From Octopus sinensis (Eukaryota): DNA of 64,000 nt. The DNA lies in the NCBI RefSeq assembly GCF_006345805.1, contig NC_043008.1, forward strand, positions 12,090,001 to 12,154,000, given 5' to 3'. Below, piece after piece: positions 38,798 through 52,659 of this stretch. Both the position numbers and the translations under genes were made by a program. The notes under the pieces were generated by a model. It was not told the origin of the DNA, did no database searches, and saw only the letters and a list, made by a program, of their open reading frames with translations. Every line of letters starts with the position of its first letter. Position 1 is the stretch's first letter.

Positions 38798-39587
38798 GGA
38801 TGACGATGACGACGATGACGACGATGATGTTGATGATGATGATATATACATGAGACTCTTATAACTACATTTCGATCATGTGTTGCTGAAAATTCTTCAT
38901 TGTAACAACTTTACATTATCTAGATAAACTTCTTCCCCCCATGAAATTACTTGTATTTATTAATCTATAATTGATCTTTAATTTATTCATATTTTTGGCT
39001 GTGATTTGTATTCCAAAGATGAAACTGAGATAAGGTGTCTTGGTAGTTTAGTCAGCAGTTTGATATAAATCTTACTTTGCATGTACTAAGCTTCTATGCA
39101 GTTCTCTCCATAACTCTATAAGCTATTTCGAACGGAGAGCTTATAACTAATGTATCTGGTTCCTTAGAGAGGAAAATGCGTGGATGTATATAGTAACAGC
39201 GTAATATGGATATTTGCTTATGTATGTGTATTCGATTATATGGTTGTTTATTTTTTCTTTTTTCTTTTTTCTTTTTTGCTAATATCGGTGACAAAACCCA
39301 TTATTCACAGCTGAATTCAACAGGACTTGTTCGCAAATGCTCCTACACGAAATAGTCACAGCTGGAATTTCTTTAGTCAAAGATCTACTCAACATGATCT
39401 TCTGGTAAAGAAACAATTCCAGAACAACCGAACGTGTCTGTATTTCTCTTTTCCCCACTTCTATCTATCTATTTATTTCTATCTGTCCATCCGTCCGTCC
39501 ATGTATTCATCCATCTATCTATCTATCTATTTGTTTATTTCTATCTGACCGTTCATCCATCCATCCATCCATCCAACCATCCATCTG

Positions 39588-39633
<46 letters not shown>

Positions 39634-39661
39634 CATATATCTATCTATCTACCTATCTATC

Positions 39662-39715
<54 letters not shown>

Positions 39716-39741
39716 CTTATCTATCTATCTATCTATCTACA

Positions 39742-39801
<60 letters not shown>

Positions 39802-40148
39802 CTTTTACGATCCCTTTTGATCGAAAACCACCACTCCCTTTTTTTTACCCCCAAAAGAAAAGCTCTACCTTGTAATTTGTTCTATCTGTGTGCAGCCCTG
39901 TGTGGCTAATAAAGAAACATATCTATCTATCTATCTCCCTCTCCACTGCATCACTTTCCCCTTCCAAGCCGATCCAGATCCTTCTACAGGAACCTGATCT
40001 TTTCCCCTTTCCTTCCCCCTCTCATAGCAATCTTCGTTCCCCAACATGAAGCTGCCCCACCCAACCCCACCGCAGTTTACCCCAGAGCTTTGTAGACCTC
40101 AAAACTGCATCATTAGCCTCATCAACTAAGCCCTGAAATTTAACTTCC

Positions 40149-40189
<41 letters not shown>

Positions 40190-40190
<1 letters not shown>

Positions 40191-40560
40191 CATACAAGGA
40201 CAGACAAATGGATTAAGTCGATTATATCAACCCCAGTGCGTAACTGGTACTTATTTAATCGGCCCCGAAAAGATAAAAGGCAAAGTCGACCTCGGCGCAA
40301 TTTGAACTCAGAACGTAACGGCAGACGAAATACCTATTTCTTTACTACCCACAAGGGGCTAAACACAGAGAGGACAAACAATGACAGACAAACGGATTAA
40401 GTCGATTATATCGACCCCAGTGCATAACTGGTACTTATTTAATCGACCCTGAAAGGATGAAAGGTAAAGTCGACCTCGGCGGAATTTGAACCCAGAATAT
40501 AACGGCAGACGAAATACCTCTAAGCATTTCATCCAGTGCGCTAACAATTCTGCCAACTTA
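40190..40560 (-). mobile_element. Dimeric Meta-type SINE
   Basis: Same internal junction (cagacgaaatacctatttc.ttactacccacaagg) as at 1672-1708. Confidence 0.85.
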
Positions 40561-41368
40561 CTCCCTAAGGTGGTGCCCTAGCATGACCGCTGTCCAATGA
40601 CTTAAACAAGCAGAATACAAAAATGTATTTATATAAACCTGTATATTCAGATATTTCTGTTAATGAAACAAAGTCTTTTACCGTTAGACATTCTTCCTGA
40701 TTCTCAAAATGCCGCCATGAAATAGAAAATTGTTTCTTTTTCTTTTTGCTAAATGGACAATTGATTTGTGTGTCTCCTTGTTGAATGAAGCGGTTATAGA
40801 GTTATAGAGGGAGAGTAATCAATGTTATTTGGATCAGTGATCAAATACTGTTCAACGTCCATAAATCATATTTCTATTTTGCTTTTCTTTTTTTTTTTTT
40901 ATCTTTACGAAATACGATATAAATTCAAGATGAAAAACGTTGATTCAGTTTCCAGAAGATACTGTTTTCGAATATCTTCCATCACAAAGCTTGTATGTCA
41001 ATGTATGCATTTGTCTGTGTACACATGCACACGCATCCTCTTCTTCTTCCTCCTCCTCCTCCTCATCATCATCATCATCCTCATCGTTGTCATCATCATC
41101 ATCATCCTCATTATTGTCATCATCATCATCATTATCATTGAATCTCTGTTTTCCCATGCTGGCATGGCTTGGATGGTTTGACAGGAGCTGGAGAGCTGTA
41201 CAAGACTCCAGTTGCACGTTTTGGCATGGTGTCCTATAGCTGTGTGCCTTTCTTAACACCAACCACTTTACAGAGTGTACAGGGTGCTTTTTACATGGAA
41301 ACAGCTTGGGTGCTTTGCATGTGATTATATATATATATATATATGTGTATGTATGTATGTATGTACGT

Positions 41369-41530
41369 GTTTTCTGTTTTCTCTCCCTGTTTATTTCTGT
41401 GTTCCTTTCTGTCGAAGAGCATATGCTCAAAATGTAAAAGACTCTCTCACTTCCCGAGCATTAAACTAATACACCTATTTGTTGTTTATACACCTGTCTT
41501 CGTTTTTTGTTTTTCTGTAAATTATCACAA
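41369..41530 (+). mobile_element. Hammerhead-like short repeat, family A, copy 4
   Basis: cttt-CTGTCGA-a-gagc-atat-gctc-aaaa-tgta-aaag. CpG-type decay of GAAACG. Confidence 0.75.
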
Positions 41531-41540
41531 TATATATATA

Positions 41541-42585
41541 TACCGGGTGCATAAATATTTGAGCACAGATTTGTTTATTAAAAAAAAAAGATATATAATA
41601 ACAGATAATAACTTTATTTATCAAAAAATGTTCTGAGAACAAAAATAAACCTTCTTTTCTATAATGTTATAGAATAAAGCCACCTTCAGCTTCAGCAACT
41701 GCTTCTATGTGAGATCTAAATCATCCACATGCTCAAATCAAGTGGTCCTGGTTCATTTTGGACATTACTCTGACAATGGCAGGTTTCAAAGAATCTTTGG
41801 TGTTATGGGCATCTTCATTGATCTCTCTCAATAATGCTTCACATGTAATAGTCCAAAGGATTAAGATCTGGGGAATTAGGAGGCCAAATGTTAGGGGTTA
41901 TGTGATCATGAAAATTTTCAGCCCTCCATTTCTATGTTACTAGAGCCATGTCTGATAGTTCAGAGTCTCACTGAAACACATATCGCCTTCCATTGCATAC
42001 ACTGTCTATCTACGGCTTAACAATTATTTCCAGGACCTCAATGTAGGTGGCTGAGTTAACTCTGAGGCCTTGTGGAAAGAAGTAAGGAGGCATCACATGT
42101 CCTTCATTGCTGACAACCCCTAAAACTATGACAGTTGCAGGAAATTTTGTGTGCCTAACATTTGGAACTTCAGAAGGATCTACCCATAACTATCTGTCAT
42201 TTCTTCTGTTAAATTTTTGATCTTGAGAAAAACCAAATCAAATCTCCTTCTGCTGGATTTTTCTTAGATCTAATGTAGTAATTTTCTTTTGATTTTTCTG
42301 ATCTCTTCAAGGTTAACATTTCTCACTGTTCCTTCTGAAACATAGAGATGTTTTGCAATTGATCTCATGGACTCTCTGGGATTGTAATCAATGGTCTATT
42401 GAACTTGCTGGATAAATTCAGATGTTCCGATGATTTCAGAGCATTTTGAATGCTCTTATACTGGTGAAACATTTCCATCTTCAGTCTCTAGCTCCTTAGA
42501 AACTTTGTTGACAAAACAACTGCCAATGAATGTTGTCTTCGAAACATATGTCGAAAGTAAAGGAATTTGAATAACCCCTGCATTC
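41541..42585 (-). mobile_element. Dead Tc1/mariner transposon, maT (DD37D)-like transposase pseudogene
   Basis: HTKFPATVIVLGVVSNEGHVMPPYFFPQGLRVNSATYIEVLEIIVKP and WPPNSPDLNPLDYY. Stop at 41667-41669. Multiple stops and frameshifts, TIRs poorly preserved. Confidence 0.88.
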
Positions 42586-42600
42586 AACTCCATTTATTTA

Positions 42601-42634
<34 letters not shown>

Positions 42635-42715
42635 TAGATAGATAGATTATATATAGAGATAGATAGATAGATAGATAGATACATACATACATACATACAT
42701 ACATAAATGTATATA

Positions 42716-42895
42716 GTGAGAATTTGCCAAAAAACTAAAGACAAAGACGGGTGTGTAAACAACAAATAAATGTATTAGTTTTAATGCTCAGGAAGTGAGA
42801 AAGTCTTTTACATTTCGAGCCTACGCTCTTTGGCAGAAAGTAACACAGAAATAAACAGGGTGAGAAAACAGAAAAAGTTTAGTGGCTAACGATCT
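42716..42895 (-). mobile_element. Hammerhead-like short repeat, family A, copy 5
   Basis: Sense cttt-ctgccaa-a-gagc-gtag-gctc-GAAA-tgta-aaaga. Confidence 0.75.
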
Positions 42896-42987
42896 ATATC
42901 TATACTTATATTTCTATATCTACACCTATATATCTCTCTCTTTCTCTCTCTAAATCTGACTCCCTTCCTATTTTACTACCTGCCTGC

Positions 42988-43063
<76 letters not shown>

Positions 43064-43105
43064 CTATCTATTTATCTACCTATCTACATATCTATCTATC
43101 TATCA

Positions 43106-43146
<41 letters not shown>

Positions 43147-43147
43147 C

Positions 43148-43222
<75 letters not shown>

Positions 43223-43249
43223 CATATCTATCTATCTATCTATCTATCC

Positions 43250-43307
<58 letters not shown>

Positions 43308-44522
43308 TTATCTATCTATTTCTATTTCTTACTAGTTGATGAATATTGAAGACAGATATGAAAAAAAAAAACAGTGCTAAAGGGAGAGAAAGTAACGAAA
43401 GATATTGCAGACAGGTTAAAGATTGTTTAGATGTGAGATTTCATGATCCCACAAGTAAAATGATTCATTTTTAATGATAAAAAATATAAAAAATATTTCC
43501 TCATATTTTTGAATATTATCATTAATGATAATATCACTAATAATAATACTAGCAATATTAGTAGTCTTAGCCATTATATATTTAAAAATAAAATAAAAAC
43601 CTCTATAAAACATTATTTTTAAAATTTATATTTGTCTGCAAGAAGTCTTAAGATATTTTAATATTTTTCTTTCTTAGTCTTTTTATAATAATTTTTTTTT
43701 TGTTTTCTTCGAGTAATTTCTTTGGATGTCAAAGTTCCATTTTGTTTTTTACCTACCTCCGTATATTTATAAATCTTGGGTCACTCAGATCTCCATTCCT
43801 GTGACCTCTCTAGTTTTAAGTATTTCTCCAGAGAGATAAGAATGGTAAATTGCTTTCTGAGGAAATGACACTTGGACAGGATTGGTATGAAGGAAGCTGT
43901 TTGGGGGGAATAAGGTAAATTGAAGAAGGAATTTCACTACCTTTGTTGTTTAAATTTTTTTTTATTTCCACATCCTTTTCTCACACCTTCAATCTCTGTT
44001 CTCTTTCTCTTTTTTTTCTTTCTCTCTTTCTTTCTCTCTCTCTTCCTCTTTCCATCAAATGAGAGGAGGTTGAATAAAAGCAAAAAAAAAAAAAAGAAAG
44101 AAGAAATTAATCGAAAATAGCAATAATAGGAACAGAAAATTGAAATATAACAAGTTATTTTGAAAGTTTCCTTTAGAGAGCATTGATAGAACCGGGGAAA
44201 AGTTACAGAAAAAGATAAGCAAATAAATACCACTGCTGAGAGGTATATTAAATTTTCTGATATGACAATGGTGGAAGTGAGGAAGAGAGAGAGAGAGAGA
44301 TAGAGAGTAAACGAGAGAGAGAGAGAGTAAACGAGAGAGAGAGAGAGAGAGTAAAAGAGGGAGGAAGAGTGAGAGAGAGAGAGGGTGTTTAGAAAGAGCA
44401 GAGAAGTGTTAGTAAATTTTTTTATATGTATTGTATATATGTGTATAGTTTGCCTGTATATATTACATATGTATGCGTGAGCGCGTGTGTGTGTGTATGT
44501 ATGTGTGTGTATTATATATAAT

Positions 44523-44567
<45 letters not shown>

Positions 44568-44684
44568 GTGTGTACGTGTATATGTGTGTTTATCTACATC
44601 TATATATATATATATATATATACATATACGCACACACACACACACACACACAAATTCACATATTGTATACATATGTGTGTGTGC

Positions 44685-44732
<48 letters not shown>

Positions 44733-45169
44733 TTTATATATAATGTGTGTATATGTATGTGTGTGTATTATATATAATGTTTGTGCATATATATATATAA
44801 ATATGTTTTGTATATATACATGTGTGCATATATATTTTATATATAACGTGTGTATGTGTGTGTATATATATATATTGTATACACATGTGTGTGTGTGTGT
44901 GCATATATACATACAAACACACATATATGTACACATACACATACATATAATATGTATTATTTACATATATATAGGGAGAGAGAGGGAGAGAGAGAGAGAG
45001 AGAGGGGAAGGTTGAGAGGGAATGGGTGAATGTGTGTGTGCATGTATTATATTGAGTGTTTATAAAGTTAAATGGAAAAGTAATGGTGAAGCCAATTCAT
45101 TTTGAAATGAAGAACAACAAGAGGAAGAATAATAAAATATAGGATACAGCAGAGGATAGGGTATAAGCC

Positions 45170-45870
<701 letters not shown>

Positions 45871-46573
45871 ATAAGGATAATAATGAGATATTATATTGAA
45901 TGTAATGGGGGTGTTGGGAGTAAACTTGACAGATTAAGCGAAAAGAAAGCAAGCAAAATATGAAGTGGTACTGGAAGAAATTTGAAGGAAAGAAGAGCAG
46001 TTATGAAGAGGAAATAGGATAGAAGAGTAAAAGATATTAAAGCAAGCCATTTATGGAAGTTTGGAAAGAATTAAAGAGGAAGGAGAGAAGGAGAGTGAGG
46101 AAGAGAGAGAGAGAGTGTGTGTGAGTGTGTTTGTGGATCTGTATGTTTAGGAGAAGGAATAGAAATATAAAGAAGTGTTTTCAGAGGAAAATGGATAGAA
46201 AATACAATATAAAGCGTTTACATCCTTGAAAAAAAAAATGTAAAATCGTTGACAAGACTTCAGAAGGACATTTGACTTTGAAAAGTATAGCTTTCAACGA
46301 AGAATATTCACACACAATTAAGCATCGGTAAATGGAATTATCTCGAACATCAAGAGACTAAATCATATGTTATTTTTTTTACTGCTGTTGTTTTTTTAAT
46401 TTTTTTTTTTTGGCTTTCTTATATTCAAAAGGTATTCTTCAACTACTTAATGTTTGACAATTTAGTTTTCCATCTTCTCCACCTTATAGAAATGTCTTTG
46501 AAAAAGAATAATTTAGAAAAAAAAAAAAAAAAAACTCCAAAAAATATGAAGTATTCTCATTGACAACACTTAC

Positions 46574-46598
46574 CTGTATGATAGAGTTAGGAGGAGAA
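46574..46598 (-). CDS. Candidate 25-nt micro-exon (xSPPNSIIQ)
   Basis: ttttttttttgtag|TTCTCCTCCTAACTCTATCATACAG|gtaagt. Near-consensus sites on both sides, same strand as the 5132 exon. Confidence 0.35.
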
Positions 46599-47020
46599 CT
46601 ACAAAAAAAAAATGTTATTTGCGTGCCATAGCTATTGTGATGGTTCCCTGAAGATAATGGAGCATGCGTGAAGTTAACCATAAAACCGTGTTTTAATGCG
46701 TTTTATTCAACGTTTTGTTCTATTAATTTTTGGTAGGTTTTAGAAATAACCTGCTTTGGCATCTCTTTTGGATACACCAGAAAATATAACAAGAAAATTG
46801 AACAAAAATAAGTCGACGAAAAATATAAGAAAATGTTTAAATGCAAAAATATGCTTTATAAAAGTAAAGAAAAATTTCAATTGTTTTGAAGTTTGTTTAT
46901 AAGCGAATAATTTTTTTTTTTGTTTCTTTTAAATATCAAAATTTATGTTGTATATTTACAAGTTCAGTGAGTTAAAGAATGCGAATACAATGTAAAATAT
47001 ATTTTCATAGAGAAAATGAC

Positions 47021-47084
<64 letters not shown>

Positions 47085-47097
47085 AATATATATATAC

Positions 47098-47157
<60 letters not shown>

Positions 47158-47208
47158 GTATAGATAGATATATACATACACACATATATATATATATTAT
47201 ATATATAT

Positions 47209-47240
<32 letters not shown>

Positions 47241-48744
47241 CTCTATATAAATCACAAGTGAAAGGTAACTCTGACATTAACAATTTGAAACTCGCATGTT
47301 CAACTTATATTCTGATGGTGGCTTGAAAATTCATCTAAAACTCATCATCACCACCACCACCACCACCATCATCATTGTCATCGTCATCGTCATCATTTAA
47401 CACCTGTTTTCGATGCTGGCATGGAACAGGATGGTGTGACAGGAGCTGGCAAGCTGAAGAACTGCGCTAGGGTTCCAATTGTTTGTTTTCACATGGTTTC
47501 TAAACCTGGATGTCCTTCCTAACACTAACCACTTTATGGAGCATACTGGGAGATTTTTGGGTGGCATCAAGTTCCAGTGAATTGGGTTTTATTTTTTGGG
47601 AATTCATATTTGTTGAATATTCGTAATTTGTTTTATATCACTTGATCTTGTTGGAAATGCAGAAGTGTATCATTTGACATCATACTTATTTGGCACCAAA
47701 CAGTAGAGACCTTGCCAAAACAGACATTGAAGCTTGGCACAATCCTTTGATTTGCTAGCACCTGTTAAACTGTCTCACCTATACTAGCATTGGAAATGGG
47801 CGTTAAACAATGATGATGAAGCTGAGAGCATAAACATCTTACTCACTTCGTCGTTAAGTTATAAGAGAGGAATATGGGAAGGAACTCTTTTACTCTTTTA
47901 CTTGTTTCAGTCATTTGACTGTGGACATGCTGGAGCACCAACTTTAGTTGAGCAAATCGACTCTAGGACTTATTCTTTGTAAGCCTAGTACTTATTCTAT
48001 CGGTCTATTTTGCTGAACCACTAAGTTATGAGGACGTAAGCACACCAGCATCGGTTGTCAAGCGATGTTTGGCGGGGAACAAATGCAGACACACAAACAT
48101 ATACACACACACATATATATACATATATACGATGGGCTTCTTTCAGTTTCTGTCTACCAAGTCCACTCACAAGGCTTTGGTCGGCCCAAGGCTATAGTAG
48201 AAGACACTTACCCAGGTGCCATGCAGTGGGACTGAACCCGGAACTATGTGGCTGGTAAGCAAGCTACTTACCACACAGCCACTCCTGTGCCTGTCATTCT
48301 AAAATACATTTTGTGTTATTTTAACAAAATATTTATAATATAATTTACAAGACTCTTAACCAGGTATCCTAAGATCCACTTAGTAATGCTTGCCTATGAG
48401 GGGCTCCGCCCTGTCAGCCTTCACCACCCATTAACATTTCATTCCCTAACCCTTGAAAAGCACTGGTGATGGTATCATGCAGAAAGCAGAGGTGGAAATG
48501 CCACATAAAAAGCATTGGTGATAGTGCCATGTAAAGAGCACTGGCACTGGTGCCACGTTAAAAAAAAAAGCATTCAGTACAGTCTGTAAAGTGGTTGGCA
48601 TTAGGAAGGGCATCTAGCAGTAGGGACCAAACCAAAACAGACTATGAGACCTGGTGTGGTTCCTAGCCTTGCCAGCTTCAGTCAAACTGTCCAACTCATG
48701 CCTGCCCGGAAAATGGATGTTAAATGATTATGCTGGTGATTTAC

Positions 48745-48935
48745 AATCTAAATATCTAGTTCTATATTTAAGAGATGAGGAATTAGGTACATTATTTACA
48801 TTATTTACATTTGATGGATATTTGTCCTCATCTGCTTTGTTGTTAACACAACGTTTCAGCTGATATAACCTCCAGCCTTCATCAGGTGTCTTGAGGAAAT
48901 TTCAAACCTAGGTTCTCATTCGTAAGGTATTTTAA
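48745..48935 (-). mobile_element. Solo Penelope-like terminal-repeat fragment (tentative)
   Basis: Carries a minimal type I hammerhead. No RT or GIY-YIG coding sequence nearby. Confidence 0.55.
48845..48890 (-). ncRNA. Minimal type I hammerhead ribozyme motif with canonical core
   Basis: GACAC-CUGAUGA-a-GGCUG-gagguuauau-CAGCU-GAAA-CG-UU-GUGUU: 5-bp stem I, 5-bp stem II, palindromic ACGU stem III. Confidence 0.75.
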
Positions 48936-50142
48936 CATTAAAAAATATTTTGTAATCCTAAAAAAAGTTAAATTGGTGCTTTCATACGTAGAGTAATCAT
49001 CAGATTTCAATTCAAATGTGTCTAACTGACAGTTGAATTCTTGATAATTTTAGTACCGCTTAGAATGCTCCAAGAAGCTGAATTTTTAGAATGCAGTTTT
49101 AACCAATCTGTATGCATCTCAAACATCACGGTTTGCCAGGCATACCAATATTCTGTAATTTGTTTATATTTATAAGTTAGAGATATTTTTCAATCCACGT
49201 CATTAACTCGTTGTTATATTACTGCTATTATTTTCGTTCAGAACAGGATTCAATATTTTAATGAACCGTTTTTCTTTTATCATTCTTCCAAGACTCACTT
49301 GTGTCATGTAGTTTGTGGAACACAAAAATTAGAAGCATTTTCTGACCACATGTCTCTGTATGTTCGTTCAATGGAATTTTGTCAAAATTATTGTTCTGGA
49401 TTTGTATATATGTATATATATGTATGATAAACCTCTTTCACTGTCCATCTACCAAATCGACTCACGAGGCTTTGCTCAACCCGATGCTATAGTAGAAGAC
49501 ACTTCCCAATGTTGTCACACCACACTGTGGGACTGAACCCAGAACCATGTGGTTGTAAAGCTAACTTCTTACCTCACAGCCACGCCTGCACCTATGCATA
49601 GACTGAATGTACTTAGAGATAATAAATATACCCGGATAGGGTATGATCTCACAAAACAGAAGCTGAGTGTTACCAACGTTCCCTCATCTAACCCTTTTCA
49701 CTTTTAACACACGCACACACACACATACATACACACACACAAACATATGCATGTGGTGCATGCCACTTGCATGTACATACTAATTATGTATGCACATACA
49801 AGAAATTAAGTCTGCATAATGTATGAAACATTAACTGACTTTACAAGCTTTCACTGTAATTGACTATTGATCAACTCAAATGTTTTTCTACTAATAAGGG
49901 AATAGTCACAATATATCATTATTTTTATTATCGCAACCATCATCATCATCATCATCAACATCATCATTCTCATTATTCTTCATCATTCTTGGTGTCCATT
50001 TTACCATTTATGATGACATAGGTTGGTTGGGTGTGTATAAACATATACATACTATGTATATAGTATGCACATATGTGTGTATGTGTGTATATATATACTT
50101 ATATATAAATATATATATATGGTATGTACATATGTATGTACG

Positions 50143-50173
<31 letters not shown>

Positions 50174-51712
50174 GTGTAATAATCATCATCGTCGTTTAGC
50201 GTCCGTTTTCCATGCTAGCATGGGTTGGACATATTTATATATATATGTATATATATATACATGTGTATAAATATATATATTTCTATATATATATGTATAT
50301 ATATATGTACATATGTGTGTATATATATGTATATAAATATATACATATACATATATATATATATACACACACATATAAAAATATATATTATGTACATACA
50401 TGTGTATTATATGTGTGTGTACATATGCATATACATATGTAAATGTTTGTATTATATATAATATAAATATATATATAGATAGATATATTATGTAGATATA
50501 TATATATATATCTAGTGTATATATGTGTTTGTTTATTATATATATATATATATGTATGTATGTATATAATACACAACCATATATATATATATGTATATAA
50601 AATTTCATGTATGTTTATCTTTGATACATTCATATATATGTTTATGAAGAAAAGAAAATTTCACATTTATTCGGACACACATACATACATTTATACACAC
50701 ACATACATACACATCACAGATACACACATGCACACATGCACATCCATATAGAGACCAATGATGGAAAACGAAAACAAAAAAGAAACAAAAAAAAACAACC
50801 AAAAAACCAAAAAAAAAAAAAATAAAAGACCTAAGTAAGTTTCTTGCGAATAAGAATATATATATTTCTGTAGCAATGAGTCCTGTTGTCCCATATAATT
50901 TTCTTCCTCCGTTCATTCTTCGTATCATTCATTGATGAGGCATTAATCATTTCCCGTGGAATGTCATTGAATTTGGAATCAATTCTTTTTGTCCTTAATA
51001 TATTTTGTCTCTGTCTTTTTCCATTGTTTTCCTCCCCTTCTCTCTCTCTCTCCTTCCTCCTCTTTTACTCTTTCTTTCTGTCTTTATCACTTATTGTTTC
51101 TCTTCGTTTTTTCTTCTTCTTCTTCTTCTCTTTTTTTGTTTACTTTCCTTCTTTCATTGATCACCAATTTCCTGGTATAATTGAATTGATTATCGATTCA
51201 GAAGCATAATTGCATGAAACAACATACAATATTGTTGTCTGCATCTATTCGCAAGAAAGAATGAGAGAGGGGGGGGATAATGAGAGAATGGTGGTGGTGG
51301 CGGCGGTGATTGGTGTGGTGGAGGGCAGAGCTAATATTCAGTGAGGAAAAATTGAAAGACTGTTTTGCAGAGACACAAAACTATGATTTAGAACTGGAAC
51401 AACACTGACTTACTTTGGCTATGTAATGGACACATGGGGGGAAAAAAAAAGAAGAAAAAAAACCCACAACTCAAACGCATAGAAAAAACATGCCTTGGTG
51501 TGTATCCATATATGTCTGTGTGTTTGTGTGTGTTTGCTTATAAATATATGTATGTTTCTATATGGCTGTGTGTGTGTGTGTGTGTGTGTGCATGTATAAG
51601 GATGTATGCGTGTTTATATGTGTGTATGTGTATATCTATATATATCTTAAAATTCCCCATACATTCTCATAATAAATTAAAAGCAGATATTAATTGTCAT
51701 GCATGCACATTT

Positions 51713-51770
<58 letters not shown>

Positions 51771-52545
51771 CATATATATATACATATGTATATATACATT
51801 TATATATATACATTTATGTATACATGTATATATATATATTATATATACATGTATATACATATTATATATACACACACACATATATATATATATACATATA
51901 TATATATGTATATATACATATATATATATATACATGTTTACATATTTACATTCACACAGACATGCACACACATACATGCATATATATATATACATACACT
52001 CACAGACACACTGGCACTCATATACACATACACACCCATACTTTAGCTATCTCTGCTGATATGTCTGTATTTGCATTTTTTTTGCCCTTATTTATAATCG
52101 TTTATATATATATATACATATATATATATAATAAAAATAAGCAACAAGGATACCCAGAGGTAATGCAGTACGATCGTTTCATGCAACTCCATTTAATTGA
52201 ATAATGCAATCATTACATCAATTTAAATGCAGAGCAATCCTCAGCTGCATAAAGACGTGTCTATGCCAGCCCCTCACCATCGCTTAACAACTGATGTTGG
52301 TGTGTTTACATCCCTGTAACTTAGCAATTTAGCAAAAGAGACCAATAGAATAAGCATATATGTATGCTTCCTGAGATTCGCCAATACTACACCTAATTTT
52401 CTCCCCTCCATACACACGCAAGCATGTATCTGACTCATACACTGTTCGCTTTCTCCATATGCTTTATACGCACTTTTGACAAGTTGTGGTGCACCTGAGC
52501 ACTGTAAAAAATAATTTCATTATTATTATTATTATTATTATATAT

Positions 52546-52581
<36 letters not shown>

Positions 52582-52604
52582 ATATATATATATGTATATA
52601 TGTA

Positions 52605-52659
<55 letters not shown>

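Noticed and set aside
43832-43914. 83-nt plus-strand exon candidate (RDKNGKLLSEEMTLGQDWYEGSCLGGI)
   Set aside because: Weak donor GTAAAT, unrecognised peptide, and it could be a LINE remnant.
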